Part shown: piece by piece, positions 1 to 9,269 of the stretch
How the letters are laid out: each line of letters begins with the position of its first letter
Position numbering within the stretch: the first letter of the stretch is position 1
Assembly (NCBI GenBank): GCA_965222225.1
Contig: CBDCTK010000002.1
Coordinates: forward strand, 832,001 to 896,000
Source: Candidatus Poribacteria bacterium
GTDB taxonomy: Bacteria; Poribacteria; WGA-4E; JAJDTR01
DNA length: 64,000 nucleotides
Reading direction: 5' to 3'
Notes under the pieces: model-generated
The model's database searches: none
The model's input: only the letters and a program-made list of their open reading frames with translations
Told to the model about the DNA's origin: nothing
Position numbers and translations under genes: made by a program

Positions 1-1
1 G

Positions 2-1753
2 ATGACCGAAGCGTCTGCTATCGCAGGGAATGATGTAGCGACGTTGCCTGATTACCCAGCGGAAATTCGCGCGCCCGCAGGTTCGCTAGCAGGTATATCC
101 GGCTTTCAGCTACATTTTTCCAGTGAAAACATTCACACACCGGGTGATGCGTGCGATGTTCTTGTCGCGATGAATCCAGCGGCTCTGAAGGTCAACATAG
201 ATAACCTCAGGCCGAATGGAATTCTCATCGTGAACTCGAACAATTTTGCCTCTCGAAATCTTAAGTTGGCCGGATATGAGAGTAACCCCCTAGAAGATGG
301 TTCATTGACACGATATCAAGTTTATCCTGTCGAGTTGACCCGGTTAACGAGGGAAGCGCTCAAAAACACAGACTTGAGTCAGCGCGAGGTTGATCGGTGT
401 AAGAATTTCTTTGCGGTCGGGATGGTTTTTTGGTTGTATAATCGTCCGATGGAGAACACGCTCAGATTCATAAAGGAGAGATACGCAAAAAAACCTCAGT
501 ATGTCGAAGCAAATTCCCTGGCGCTCAAAGCAGGCAACGTCTATTGCGAAGCGACAGAGCAATTTGCTACGTCCTACGTAGTTGAAGCAGCAGAATTCCC
601 CCCGGGTAAATACCGGAATATTGAAGGGAATATGGCAACAGCGCTTGGACTTGTTGCCGCCTCCCAAAAGTCGGGACTACAGTTGGTTTACGGTAGTTAT
701 CCAATTACCCCCGCGAGCAGCATCCTTCACGCTCTAGCGAATCACAAGGCTTACGGCGTAATAACAATGCAGATGGAAGATGAGATTGCCGCCATCGGAG
801 TCGCCATAGGCGCGGCGTTCAGCGGAGCATTGGGAGTAACCGGAAGTAGCGGACCGGGGCTTGCCTTAAAATCAGAGGCGCTAAATCTCGCCATGATTGT
901 GGAGCTACCAATTGTTGTGTGCAATATTCAACGCGCCGGACCGTCGACAGGCATGCCTACAAAGACCGAACAGGCAGATTTGTTGCAAATGTATTACGGA
1001 CGGAATGGCGAGTCACCCATTCCGATAATAGCCGCGTCACGACCATCGGATTGTTTCGATGCAATCTATGAAGCTTGCCGCATAGCCGTCAAGTTTATGA
1101 CACCGGTTATCTTTATGTCGGACCTTAATGTTGCGTTTGGTGCGGAACCGTGGAGAATCCCGGAAGTTTCGGATTTGGCTGAAATTGACGTGAACTTCCG
1201 AACAGAGGCGGAGGAATTCAACCCTTACCTTCGCGATGAGATAACGCTCGCGCGCCCATGGGTAAAACCGGGGACTCCTGGTCTGGAACACCGAGTCGGG
1301 GGTTTGGAAAAAGCGGACATCACGGGGAATGTCAGTTATGATCCGGATAATCATGAACAGATGACGCATACTAGAGCAGAAAAAGTCGCTCGTATCGCCG
1401 ATGATATACCGCCCACGGAGATTTTCGGACCCGAAGAAGGAAATCTCCTCGTTTTGAGCTGGGGCGGTACATTTGGTGCTGTCCGCACAGCAGTCGAGCG
1501 CAAGCAGGGGAATGGCGCGTCTGTTTCACACACGCATTTGCGATACCTAAATCCCTTACCCAAGGACTTGGGTGGAATTCTCGAACGGTTCAATCGAATA
1601 CTCATTCCCGAACTCAACCTTGGTCAGCTGCAGAAGTTAATTCGTGCGGAATTTTTGATAGCCACCGAAGGTCTCAATAAGGTACAAGGTCAACCCTTTC
1701 ACGTGTTTGAAGTCGAATCCAAAATCAATGAGTTGTTAGAAGGTGAAGCATGA
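2..1753 (+). CDS. korA: 2-oxoacid:ferredoxin oxidoreductase subunit alpha (5' truncated by window edge)
   Basis: PDYPAEIRAPAG, GSYPITP, EDEIAA and QRAGPSTGMPTKTEQ motifs; stop overlaps beta-subunit start (ATGA). Confidence 0.93.
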   Translation: MTEASAIAGNDVATLPDYPAEIRAPAGSLAGISGFQLHFSSENIHTPGDACDVLVAMNPAALKVNIDNLRPNGILIVNSNNFASRNLKLAGYESNPLEDGSLTRYQVYPVELTRLTREALKNTDLSQREVDRCKNFFAVGMVFWLYNRPMENTLRFIKERYAKKPQYVEANSLALKAGNVYCEATEQFATSYVVEAAEFPPGKYRNIEGNMATALGLVAASQKSGLQLVYGSYPITPASSILHALANHKAYGVITMQMEDEIAAIGVAIGAAFSGALGVTGSSGPGLALKSEALNLAMIVELPIVVCNIQRAGPSTGMPTKTEQADLLQMYYGRNGESPIPIIAASRPSDCFDAIYEACRIAVKFMTPVIFMSDLNVAFGAEPWRIPEVSDLAEIDVNFRTEAEEFNPYLRDEITLARPWVKPGTPGLEHRVGGLEKADITGNVSYDPDNHEQMTHTRAEKVARIADDIPPTEIFGPEEGNLLVLSWGGTFGAVRTAVERKQGNGASVSHTHLRYLNPLPKDLGGILERFNRILIPELNLGQLQKLIRAEFLIATEGLNKVQGQPFHVFEVESKINELLEGEA

Positions 1754-2796
1754 GACAGGAAACGTCCAGCCAAGTTCCCGGAGCTGTGCCCACATTAACC
1801 AAAAGGGATTTAGAATCGGACCAAGATGTTAGATGGTGTCCGGGGTGCGGTGATTACTCGATTCTTGCGCAAACGCAGCGAATTCTCCCGGAATTGGGGA
1901 TTCCAAAAGAAAATCTTGTTTTCATTTCCGGAATAGGTTGTTCCAGTCGATTTCCATATTATATGGATACATACGGTTTCCACACTATACATGGCAGAGC
2001 GCCGACGATTGCGGCGGGCGTCAAGATCGCCAACCCTGAACTTTCGGTATGGGTAATCACGGGCGATGGCGATGCGTTATCAATCGGTGGAAACCACTTC
2101 ATTCACTTAATGCGACGCAACTTGGACATTAACGTGATGTTGTTCAACAACCGTATCTACGGCTTGACGAAAGGGCAGTATTCACCGACCTCCGAACAGG
2201 GAAAGGTGACTTACTCATCACCAATGGGGTCCATTGAAAGTCCATTCAACACGATTAGTCTTGCGTTAGCGTCTAGGGTATCATTTGCTGCCAGATCTCT
2301 TGATAGAGATCCAGACCACTTGCGCCGAGTAATTAAGGCAGCGTTTGAACACAAGGGAACTTCGTTCGTAGAGATTTATCAGAATTGCAATGTGTTTAAT
2401 GACGGCGCCTTTTTTCAGTATACCGACAAAGAGACAAAGGCTGACAACACGGTGTTCCTAGAACATGGAGAACCGCTAATTTTCGGAAAGGACCGAGATA
2501 AAGGGATTCGACTCAATGAAGTTCGACCGGAAGTAGTGTCACTTACAAATGGTCAATATACCGTAGATGATCTCATGGTGCATGATCAGTATTCAGATGG
2601 TCCAACCCTCGCACATTTCTTTGCTCGTATGACAGATTTGCCAAACGTGCCAACGCCTGTCGGTATTTTCCGTACTTTCAACAGACCGTGTTATGAGGAT
2701 TTCATGGCGCAACAGATTGATGCCGCGAGGCGAGCAAAGGGAGAGGGTGACTTGGACAGGCTACTGAATGCGGGCGACACGTGGGAAATTGAGTAG
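1750..2796 (+). CDS. korB: 2-oxoacid:ferredoxin oxidoreductase subunit beta
   Basis: WCPGCGD, SGIGCSSR, TPP-binding GDGD...NN, YGLTKGQYSPT. Confidence 0.95.
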   Translation: MRQETSSQVPGAVPTLTKRDLESDQDVRWCPGCGDYSILAQTQRILPELGIPKENLVFISGIGCSSRFPYYMDTYGFHTIHGRAPTIAAGVKIANPELSVWVITGDGDALSIGGNHFIHLMRRNLDINVMLFNNRIYGLTKGQYSPTSEQGKVTYSSPMGSIESPFNTISLALASRVSFAARSLDRDPDHLRRVIKAAFEHKGTSFVEIYQNCNVFNDGAFFQYTDKETKADNTVFLEHGEPLIFGKDRDKGIRLNEVRPEVVSLTNGQYTVDDLMVHDQYSDGPTLAHFFARMTDLPNVPTPVGIFRTFNRPCYEDFMAQQIDAARRAKGEGDLDRLLNAGDTWEIE

Positions 2797-3336
2797 TTGA
2801 ATAGCTCGCGGACTTAAACAAACTCAGTCTTCATCGGTTTCTACTCCGCCCACTCAATATTCATGGACCTTGTAACTGTTTAGTTCAGTTTACAGATTTT
2901 GTAAAACGGCGTCTATGTTATACGGTATGCCCCACACACCGACATTGCCGATAGTATTCGAAACACTCTCCTCTCTCTTACGCTGGTTGTAGTAATGGAA
3001 TCGGTTGCACGTCTGGTACGGGCTTGTGGTGACTCGATTCATCGGTCCTGGTCTAGCGCTCCTCTGCTCGGTGTGGTCACTTGTTTGATCTGGTTGGCAA
3101 ATCCAGGGCGCACACTCTCCTCCATCATTGCTACGGTGATGCCGTATTGTCACATGATTGTCAATTCATCCGTTTCCTGAATTGCATACTGTGTGCTTTC
3201 GTCCTATCTTTATCTCGCCTCAAGCTGAGGAAGCCCTACTGCATTGTTTTCTTCGGAGATAGACGGCTTCTTATCCCGCATTTTATAGTCATTAAAACTA
3301 AGAATTATACATATAGAATCCTACGTAGTTCGGTTT

Positions 3337-3428
3337 GTAGTAGCGATGAACTGAACGGATAGTGAGGGATCATGGAAGCGAATAGCGGCTGCGATGGAGC
3401 TTCCATAGGAATCCCTTCATTGCGCGTC
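3337..3428. repeat. 92-bp dispersed hairpin repeat, copy 1
   Basis: 82/92 identical by manual alignment to 22232..22323; internal stems AGGGAT/ATCCCT and ATGGAAGC/GCTTCCAT. Confidence 0.85.
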
Positions 3429-3431
3429 TTC

Positions 3432-3487
3432 TGTGGGAGCGAGTTTTCCTCGTGACAGACAGTCGCGACCGGGAGATCGCTCCTACA
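3432..3487 (-). repeat. GTAG-type REP doublet (REPIN-like)
   Basis: Reverse complement reads TGTAGGAGCGATCTCCCGGTCGCGA...CTCGCTCCCACA; near copy at 58505..58559. Confidence 0.8.
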
Positions 3488-3663
3488 CAAGGTTTATCGT
3501 AACAATCCTCAAGCATCAAACCGCCAATTTTGCTCCGAAATTAAAATGTGCAAATATGACTGTAAATGACTATAGAATGAGCCGAAATCTTCAACCAGCG
3601 TGCCTGCCGGGAATCTGAGAAGTCATGCGGGATAACCTGTCATCATAGAGTGCCCAATTTACG

Positions 3664-5925
3664 TTGAATCTTTCGAGCCTACACGTTAATCGAAAGTTCC
3701 CATATAACAGGAGTAAATGCTTGGAACGCCTGAGCATACACATATCGGAGCACGTACACATTGGACAATCCAAGCGCCAATCTTTGTCGCTTTGGCTAGC
3801 GTTCGTCATTTGTCGTACCCATTCTTTCATCCTACACATACCGCTTTATCTATGTTTCATTACGCTTAGCCACGCCGCCCCGCCCAACCCCTATCTCTTT
3901 TTTGACATGGACCCTGCCTCCGGTGAGTTTAGACCCAAGCTACCGGAAAGTAGCATGGGATTTCGTCGTGCACTCGAAGGCTGCTGCTTTGTTCGTGAAC
4001 AGGCAGTATCACAAACCGATGGTATTGAGTACGTTCTCGGGATAAAAGTGGATTTCTCCGATCAACCCGGAAGTCGCACCGGTGCCGAGATAAACGGCTT
4101 CCTGTTTGGCGAAGAAGAGGTCTCCCTAAAAACCTACTACAGCGAAGTCTCTTACGGACAGATGAACGTCCATCCCGGTCCTGCAGGTGGGGTCATTCCG
4201 ATAGGTGATACGTGGATCCGCGCGGCAAAGCCGATGACGTATTACGGAGAGGGACGAATCAGTGAGGCGCAGTGCAGAGAGCTTACACGCGAAGCGTGCA
4301 TAGCGGTGGATGCTATCGTTGATTTCTCGCAATACGATCGCGATAATAACGGTGTTGTCGATCACGTTTTTATCATCCACGCCGGAGACGATGAAGCCTC
4401 GACCTTGAAACCGGGGGACATCTGGTCAATACTCGTGCGAGGCGTCAACACCGTTCTTGATGGCGTGCGAATTGAAAGCGCCTCCGTCGTTGCTGAAGAA
4501 CCGAGTTTCGCCAAACCGCACCTCGGAATATATTTTCACGAATTCTTCCACGATTTCGGCGCGCCCGATGTATACGGTACGCCTTTCACCGATGCCAACG
4601 ATCACAAATGGGGATTGATGGGCTTTTCTGGTCCTTATCAAGGGGATTTGACTGACGGAATCGGGGACGGCTTGAATCCCAGCCACATCATCGGCTACCT
4701 CAAATGGGATTTCGACGCGCGTCCGGAAAATGGTCGACACGGTTGGATCGAACCGGTCCAGGTTGAGAGAACTGTGACGCAATTGTTCATTCCAAGTTTT
4801 GAACTGTCCCCTTCCCATGACGTATTATTCAAAATCGACATCCCCGGCAAGGTAGATAGGTTAGGGCACAACACCGAATTTTTTCTTATTGAGAACCGAA
4901 ATCGAGAATCGGGCGCCATGTTTGATACACACCTGCCTGAATCCGGGATACTCATCTGGCATATAGACGAGACCGTGTTCCGTCCACCGACAGCACACTT
5001 TGATGCGGCTGGACAAATCTGGCTAGAAGATCCGAACGACCCGAAACACCGTGGCGTAAATCCGAATAACTCGGATCTAGTCGATATTCGGTTTGTTACG
5101 GACGGAGCAGCGTTCTCGGAGAACGATGAACAAACGTCCTTCACGCCCGCAAGCCGTCCAAACAGCAACGCGAACGATGGAATGCCTACCGGAATCGCTA
5201 TAACTAACATAGGCGCGGAAGGGCCATTAATCCCGCTCCTCGTGTCCTTTGGAGACACTTACGAACCCAACGATAATCTTGAAATTGCTTATTCTATCGA
5301 ACTCAACCAAAGGTACGAATCCTTCCTTTTCAATGTGGACGACACACGCGATTATTACCGCTTTGAAGCGGTCATCGGGAACGCTATTATCATTACGCTG
5401 ACCGACATGCCTCATGATGTTGAATACAATCTGTCCCTGCTCGACGCGTCAGGGCAAGAAATTATAGATGGGGTAACCACGGAACTGACCAATCAGCGCA
5501 TCGTATTTCGGCCCGCCAAAGCCGAACCGTTGTTCATTCTTGTCGAATCCCGTGCCGGCTTCAACGCCCTAGACTCATATCACCTAACCGTTCGTGAGGG
5601 CAAGATAGAGTCTGGCGAGTTACAAATCTCCCGAATTCGCGTTTACCCAAACCCCCTTCCCTTAGGAGAAACGCGAATAATCTTCGATTTCACGATTCCC
5701 GATTTTCAACTTGTCGACGAAATAGAATTAGACGTGCTCACGACCGCCGGTGATGTGGTGCACTCAGACCTGCTACGTGATGTAGTAGGCTCTGGTCGCT
5801 TCGTTTGGGATCTTGAACACATCCAAAATCGCTCATTTGCAACCGGGGTATATCTTTACGTCCTCTCCGCTTATCGCAATGATCAGTATGTACGCGAGCT
5901 AGGCAAGATGGCGGTGATACGGTGA
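3664..5925 (+). CDS. Secreted M6-family (immune inhibitor A-like) metalloprotease with PPC-like domain and C-terminal Ig-like sorting domain; true start probably downstream
   Basis: YYSEVSYG, DFSQYDRDNNGVVD, IIHAG, HEFFH zinc motif, EFFLIENR, GILIWHID, DTYEPND, C-terminal VYPNP...GVYLY...GKMAVIR. Confidence 0.85.
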   Translation: MNLSSLHVNRKFPYNRSKCLERLSIHISEHVHIGQSKRQSLSLWLAFVICRTHSFILHIPLYLCFITLSHAAPPNPYLFFDMDPASGEFRPKLPESSMGFRRALEGCCFVREQAVSQTDGIEYVLGIKVDFSDQPGSRTGAEINGFLFGEEEVSLKTYYSEVSYGQMNVHPGPAGGVIPIGDTWIRAAKPMTYYGEGRISEAQCRELTREACIAVDAIVDFSQYDRDNNGVVDHVFIIHAGDDEASTLKPGDIWSILVRGVNTVLDGVRIESASVVAEEPSFAKPHLGIYFHEFFHDFGAPDVYGTPFTDANDHKWGLMGFSGPYQGDLTDGIGDGLNPSHIIGYLKWDFDARPENGRHGWIEPVQVERTVTQLFIPSFELSPSHDVLFKIDIPGKVDRLGHNTEFFLIENRNRESGAMFDTHLPESGILIWHIDETVFRPPTAHFDAAGQIWLEDPNDPKHRGVNPNNSDLVDIRFVTDGAAFSENDEQTSFTPASRPNSNANDGMPTGIAITNIGAEGPLIPLLVSFGDTYEPNDNLEIAYSIELNQRYESFLFNVDDTRDYYRFEAVIGNAIIITLTDMPHDVEYNLSLLDASGQEIIDGVTTELTNQRIVFRPAKAEPLFILVESRAGFNALDSYHLTVREGKIESGELQISRIRVYPNPLPLGETRIIFDFTIPDFQLVDEIELDVLTTAGDVVHSDLLRDVVGSGRFVWDLEHIQNRSFATGVYLYVLSAYRNDQYVRELGKMAVIR

Positions 5926-6008
5926 GTTGTTGAAGTTGTCGTGCGTTAGCAAGTTGAGTTTTTCCGGAAGTTGGCGTGTCAAATTCCATTAACCCAACAA
6001 ATATCGGC

Positions 6009-6037
6009 TTGACAACTTCATAACATTGTGCTAGAGT
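6009..6037 (+). promoter_or_regulatory. Putative sigma70 promoter
   Basis: TTGACA-17 bp-TAGAGT with TGn extension, upstream of the 6276 ORF. Confidence 0.5.
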
Positions 6038-6275
6038 GATAGCACGTTTCTAACGGCATCTAAGCTAGCATCTGTAGAAGCGTGAACCACAGAGTCGGTT
6101 TAAGAATTCACGGGTTTTCACAACTTCGAGAGTCGCCCACCAGAAATTCCACCGATATAGTGCAGTTTTGCACAATATCATTGTTGATTCCTCGGACCTA
6201 GGCGAAAGCACAAACGCAGTTTCATTTGCGGCCCAGGATTCAACCATACCCTGACGGAAAAAGGAGAACATTTTC

Positions 6276-6710
6276 ATGGAAGCCCTCAAGCGAGTCATAG
6301 GAGTCGTTCTGATCATAATTGCGGCGATAGTCGCAATTCACACGGTAATCGAGCCGGTTTACCACACTTCCACTGAAGATAGTCCCTACAGTTCCATTTG
6401 GGACATCATCAACTGGCTCTCTCTCATTTCGATAATACTGGGGTTGATATTCGGCTACATTCGCATGAGTCGCGCGGACGCGAACTCGAGCGGTCAAGAG
6501 TTCTTGGCGGCAAATACACAATTCTACGGATTCATGTTCGTAGCCATAATTTTCTTGTGGAACTGGTTCGGCATCAGCAAAGTCGGATCGGACTTTACCG
6601 CCGTGGGCAACGACCCCCGAACGATGGTATGGATAATCTTTCATGCCATACTCCCGTTGTTGAATGGTGCGATGGCTGTCCACCTGCTGCGAGCCGGTGC
6701 CAGCGAATAG
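6276..6710 (+). CDS. Hypothetical 4-TM membrane protein
   Basis: AAGGAGA RBS; four hydrophobic segments. Confidence 0.75.
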   Translation: MEALKRVIGVVLIIIAAIVAIHTVIEPVYHTSTEDSPYSSIWDIINWLSLISIILGLIFGYIRMSRADANSSGQEFLAANTQFYGFMFVAIIFLWNWFGISKVGSDFTAVGNDPRTMVWIIFHAILPLLNGAMAVHLLRAGASE

Positions 6711-6993
6711 CCAACAGTATATGTCTTCAAGATCCTAACGGTGTCTCTTCTGCGCTCGCGTTTGCGGGCGTAGAAGCCTTACAAACTGAGATAAAGAAAA
6801 AATGGCATACTTTCACTGTAAACTTTGCTATTACGCCCTGTAAATACAAGGGCGCTCAACAAGACCATGTTTTTTCCATAATTTCAATTCCGCTAAAGGA
6901 GTCACCCAAGAAAATCACAAACGAGAGAAATAGGTGGCAAGTTGAAATAAACTACAACCACAATATGTTCAACAATAGGAGGTTGTTTGAAAT

Positions 6994-7743
6994 ATGAAGT
7001 ATGTTCGGTATGAAGTGAACGGTAGTGTTTCCTACGGAACCCTTTCCGGTGACACGATTTCAGAACTTAGTGGCGATATTTTTGGGGAGTGCGAAGCAAG
7101 CGGCGCGACGGTTGGGCTCTCTGATGTAAAACTGCTCGCACCAACAGTCCCGTCAAAAATCTTGGCAGTGGGGCTAAACTACCGCAGCCATTTGGGAGGT
7201 GAGCCGGAACCCAAGAACCCGGAGATGTTCATCAAAACACCCTCGTGTATCAACAATCCGAACGGCGAAATTGTGCTTCCGGTTGGTGATGATGATGTTC
7301 ACGCCGAGGGTGAACTGGTCGTCGTCATTAAGAATCGCACAAGAAATGTGACGCCGGAGGAAGCGGTTGATAATATTCTGGGCGTCACATGTGGCAACGA
7401 TGTAAGCGCCCGAACTTGGCAACATAACGATCTGCAGTGGTGGCGCGGCAAATCCTGTGACACGTTCGGTCCGATGGGACCAGCCATCGCTACCGACGTT
7501 GATTACGGCAATCTCCAATTAGAGACACGAATCAACGGAAACGCTATCCAATCCCAGACGACCGCTGATCTTATCTTCCCCGTGCCATCCATTGTCAGTT
7601 TTGTCTCGCAGGTGATGACACTCGAACCGGGCGATGCCATATTCACGGGTACACCGGGCACGACAACGGCGTTAGCCGCTGGAGATACGGTTGAAGTGGA
7701 AATCGAAGGGATTGGCATCCTACAAAACACTGTAGTCAGCTAA
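6994..7743 (+). CDS. Fumarylacetoacetate hydrolase family protein
   Basis: KILAVGLNY, EGELVVVI, GNDVSAR, KSCDTFGPMGP, TLEPGDAIFTGTP; AGGAGG RBS. Confidence 0.93.
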   Translation: MKYVRYEVNGSVSYGTLSGDTISELSGDIFGECEASGATVGLSDVKLLAPTVPSKILAVGLNYRSHLGGEPEPKNPEMFIKTPSCINNPNGEIVLPVGDDDVHAEGELVVVIKNRTRNVTPEEAVDNILGVTCGNDVSARTWQHNDLQWWRGKSCDTFGPMGPAIATDVDYGNLQLETRINGNAIQSQTTADLIFPVPSIVSFVSQVMTLEPGDAIFTGTPGTTTALAAGDTVEVEIEGIGILQNTVVS

Positions 7744-7845
7744 CGTTGGGCGACTGCTAACTCTACGAACGGTATGTAGGTGGTGACCGTGTTGCTCCAA
7801 TCCTCGCGGTCGTCACCCGTTGTAACGTATTGTTCTCACTAAAGT

Positions 7846-8256
7846 ATGGTCTGCCAAATCGAAATTAAACTGAAGGAGTACTCCCGAGGTTTCCATTTAA
7901 TCACTCAGGAGATTCTTCAGCAGGCGGGACCACTGCCGGAAAGCGGAATCCTCCGCGTTTTCATCAAGCACACTTCCGCCGGATTAACCATCAATGAAAA
8001 CGCGGATTACACCGTAAGGGAGGATTTCGAAAGCAGCTTCAACCGCTTAGTTCCCGAAGATGCCGACCATTATGTTCATACGGTGGAAGGCAGCGACGAC
8101 ATGCCCGCGCACATAAAATCAACGCTTGTCGGATCTTCAGTCAGCCTACCGATTACCGACCATCGGTTGAATCTGGGAATCTGGCAAGGAATCTATCTGT
8201 GCGAGTTCAGAAATCGCGGAAGTGGGAGGAATCTAATCCTCACGGTTTATTCGTAG
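7846..8256 (+). CDS. yjbQ: YjbQ/UPF0047 family (secondary thiamine-phosphate synthase)
   Basis: HTSAGLTINENAD, DDMPAHIKS, LGIWQGIYLCEFR. Confidence 0.92.
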   Translation: MVCQIEIKLKEYSRGFHLITQEILQQAGPLPESGILRVFIKHTSAGLTINENADYTVREDFESSFNRLVPEDADHYVHTVEGSDDMPAHIKSTLVGSSVSLPITDHRLNLGIWQGIYLCEFRNRGSGRNLILTVYS

Positions 8257-8286
8257 GATTGGATTAGCAATTGACCGGCTTCAATA

Positions 8287-9165
8287 TTAGGAGTCTGACA
8301 GTCGTGGCTCAGAGTGGTTGCGTCCAAATGACACCGACTGAGCGCCTACTATGCGCGCGTACCAATCGGTAACAGACTTTTCGCCCAAGTGTTTCAGCAT
8401 CCAAGACCTTAGCGGTACATCTTCTTCACGCGGGCTTGAAGTCCCCATTGCACCGGCCTTTGCACCGAGGAGTTGCCTGCGAATCGGGTCGGAACGCTCC
8501 ATTAAGTGCGAAACCGTCCTCTCATCTCTTGGATGAATCCAGCGATGGCTATACCCCATGAAGATGACCTTCCGCGTGATGTTCGATTGATTGTGCCCGG
8601 GCGCGTGGAATAGACGCCGATCGAACATCACCGCAGTACCTGCAGACACCTTTACCTCTATTGCCCCCTCCGGATCTGAAACCCCATCAGCTGGTAGCTC
8701 AATTTCTCGCTTGCGGTGGCTTCCGGGAATCAGGCTAAAATTGCCACGGCCACCCTCCGACACGTCCGTCAGGAAATACCCTACCTTCACAGACAACCGA
8801 GGCTGAGTACCCGCCTCGATGTCGGCGTTTATCCGATCACTGTCCTGATGCCAACCCCGTCGACGCTTCGTTGATTGCGCTTGTTTATCCTGCGGCGGAC
8901 TGACAACCATTTGCGTGTAGTACGAATGGATGTTCCAGCCGAGAACGCCAAAAACCTTTGGAAACGTCCGTGGCCAATCAAGCAGTTCCAAAAACGACTC
9001 GTCTTTGGCAAAGATGTTGTCACCCGGTCCTAGCCGTCCTACAATCTCACTAAAATCCTTGACCATTGAGGTAGGTAAGGCGTCCTTTATCACAAGCAAT
9101 CCGTCGCGTTCAAACGTGGCGCGTTCATCCTCCGTCAAACAATGCTTCAAACACTCTTTATCCAT
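8287..9165 (-). CDS. Phytanoyl-CoA dioxygenase (PhyH) family Fe(II)/2OG oxygenase
   Basis: WHQD, LIPGSH, AGTAVMFDRRLFHA; start set at MDKECL after AAGGGG RBS. Confidence 0.88.
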   Translation of the reverse strand: MDKECLKHCLTEDERATFERDGLLVIKDALPTSMVKDFSEIVGRLGPGDNIFAKDESFLELLDWPRTFPKVFGVLGWNIHSYYTQMVVSPPQDKQAQSTKRRRGWHQDSDRINADIEAGTQPRLSVKVGYFLTDVSEGGRGNFSLIPGSHRKREIELPADGVSDPEGAIEVKVSAGTAVMFDRRLFHAPGHNQSNITRKVIFMGYSHRWIHPRDERTVSHLMERSDPIRRQLLGAKAGAMGTSSPREEDVPLRSWMLKHLGEKSVTDWYARIVGAQSVSFGRNHSEPRLSDS

Positions 9166-9269
9166 GTTCACCCCTTGAACTAATCTCGATGTGTTGGTTA
9201 AAGTGATGATAGACGTTGACCGTTCAAGCACGAGGTTTCAATTATCCAAACTAGGGTCATGAAGATTCG

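Noticed and set aside
2890-3618. Several short ORFs between korB and the protease
   Set aside because: No recognisable motifs, mutually overlapping, and partly made of repeat elements
5968-5981. 14-bp match AAGTTGGCGTGTCA also at 50141..50154
   Set aside because: Too short, with no extension or structure, to call a repeat or operator
6398-6997. 199-aa plus-strand ORF and 147-aa antisense ORF (6240..6683)
   Set aside because: Overlap the better supported 6276..6710 membrane protein; composition looks like off-frame or intergenic sequence
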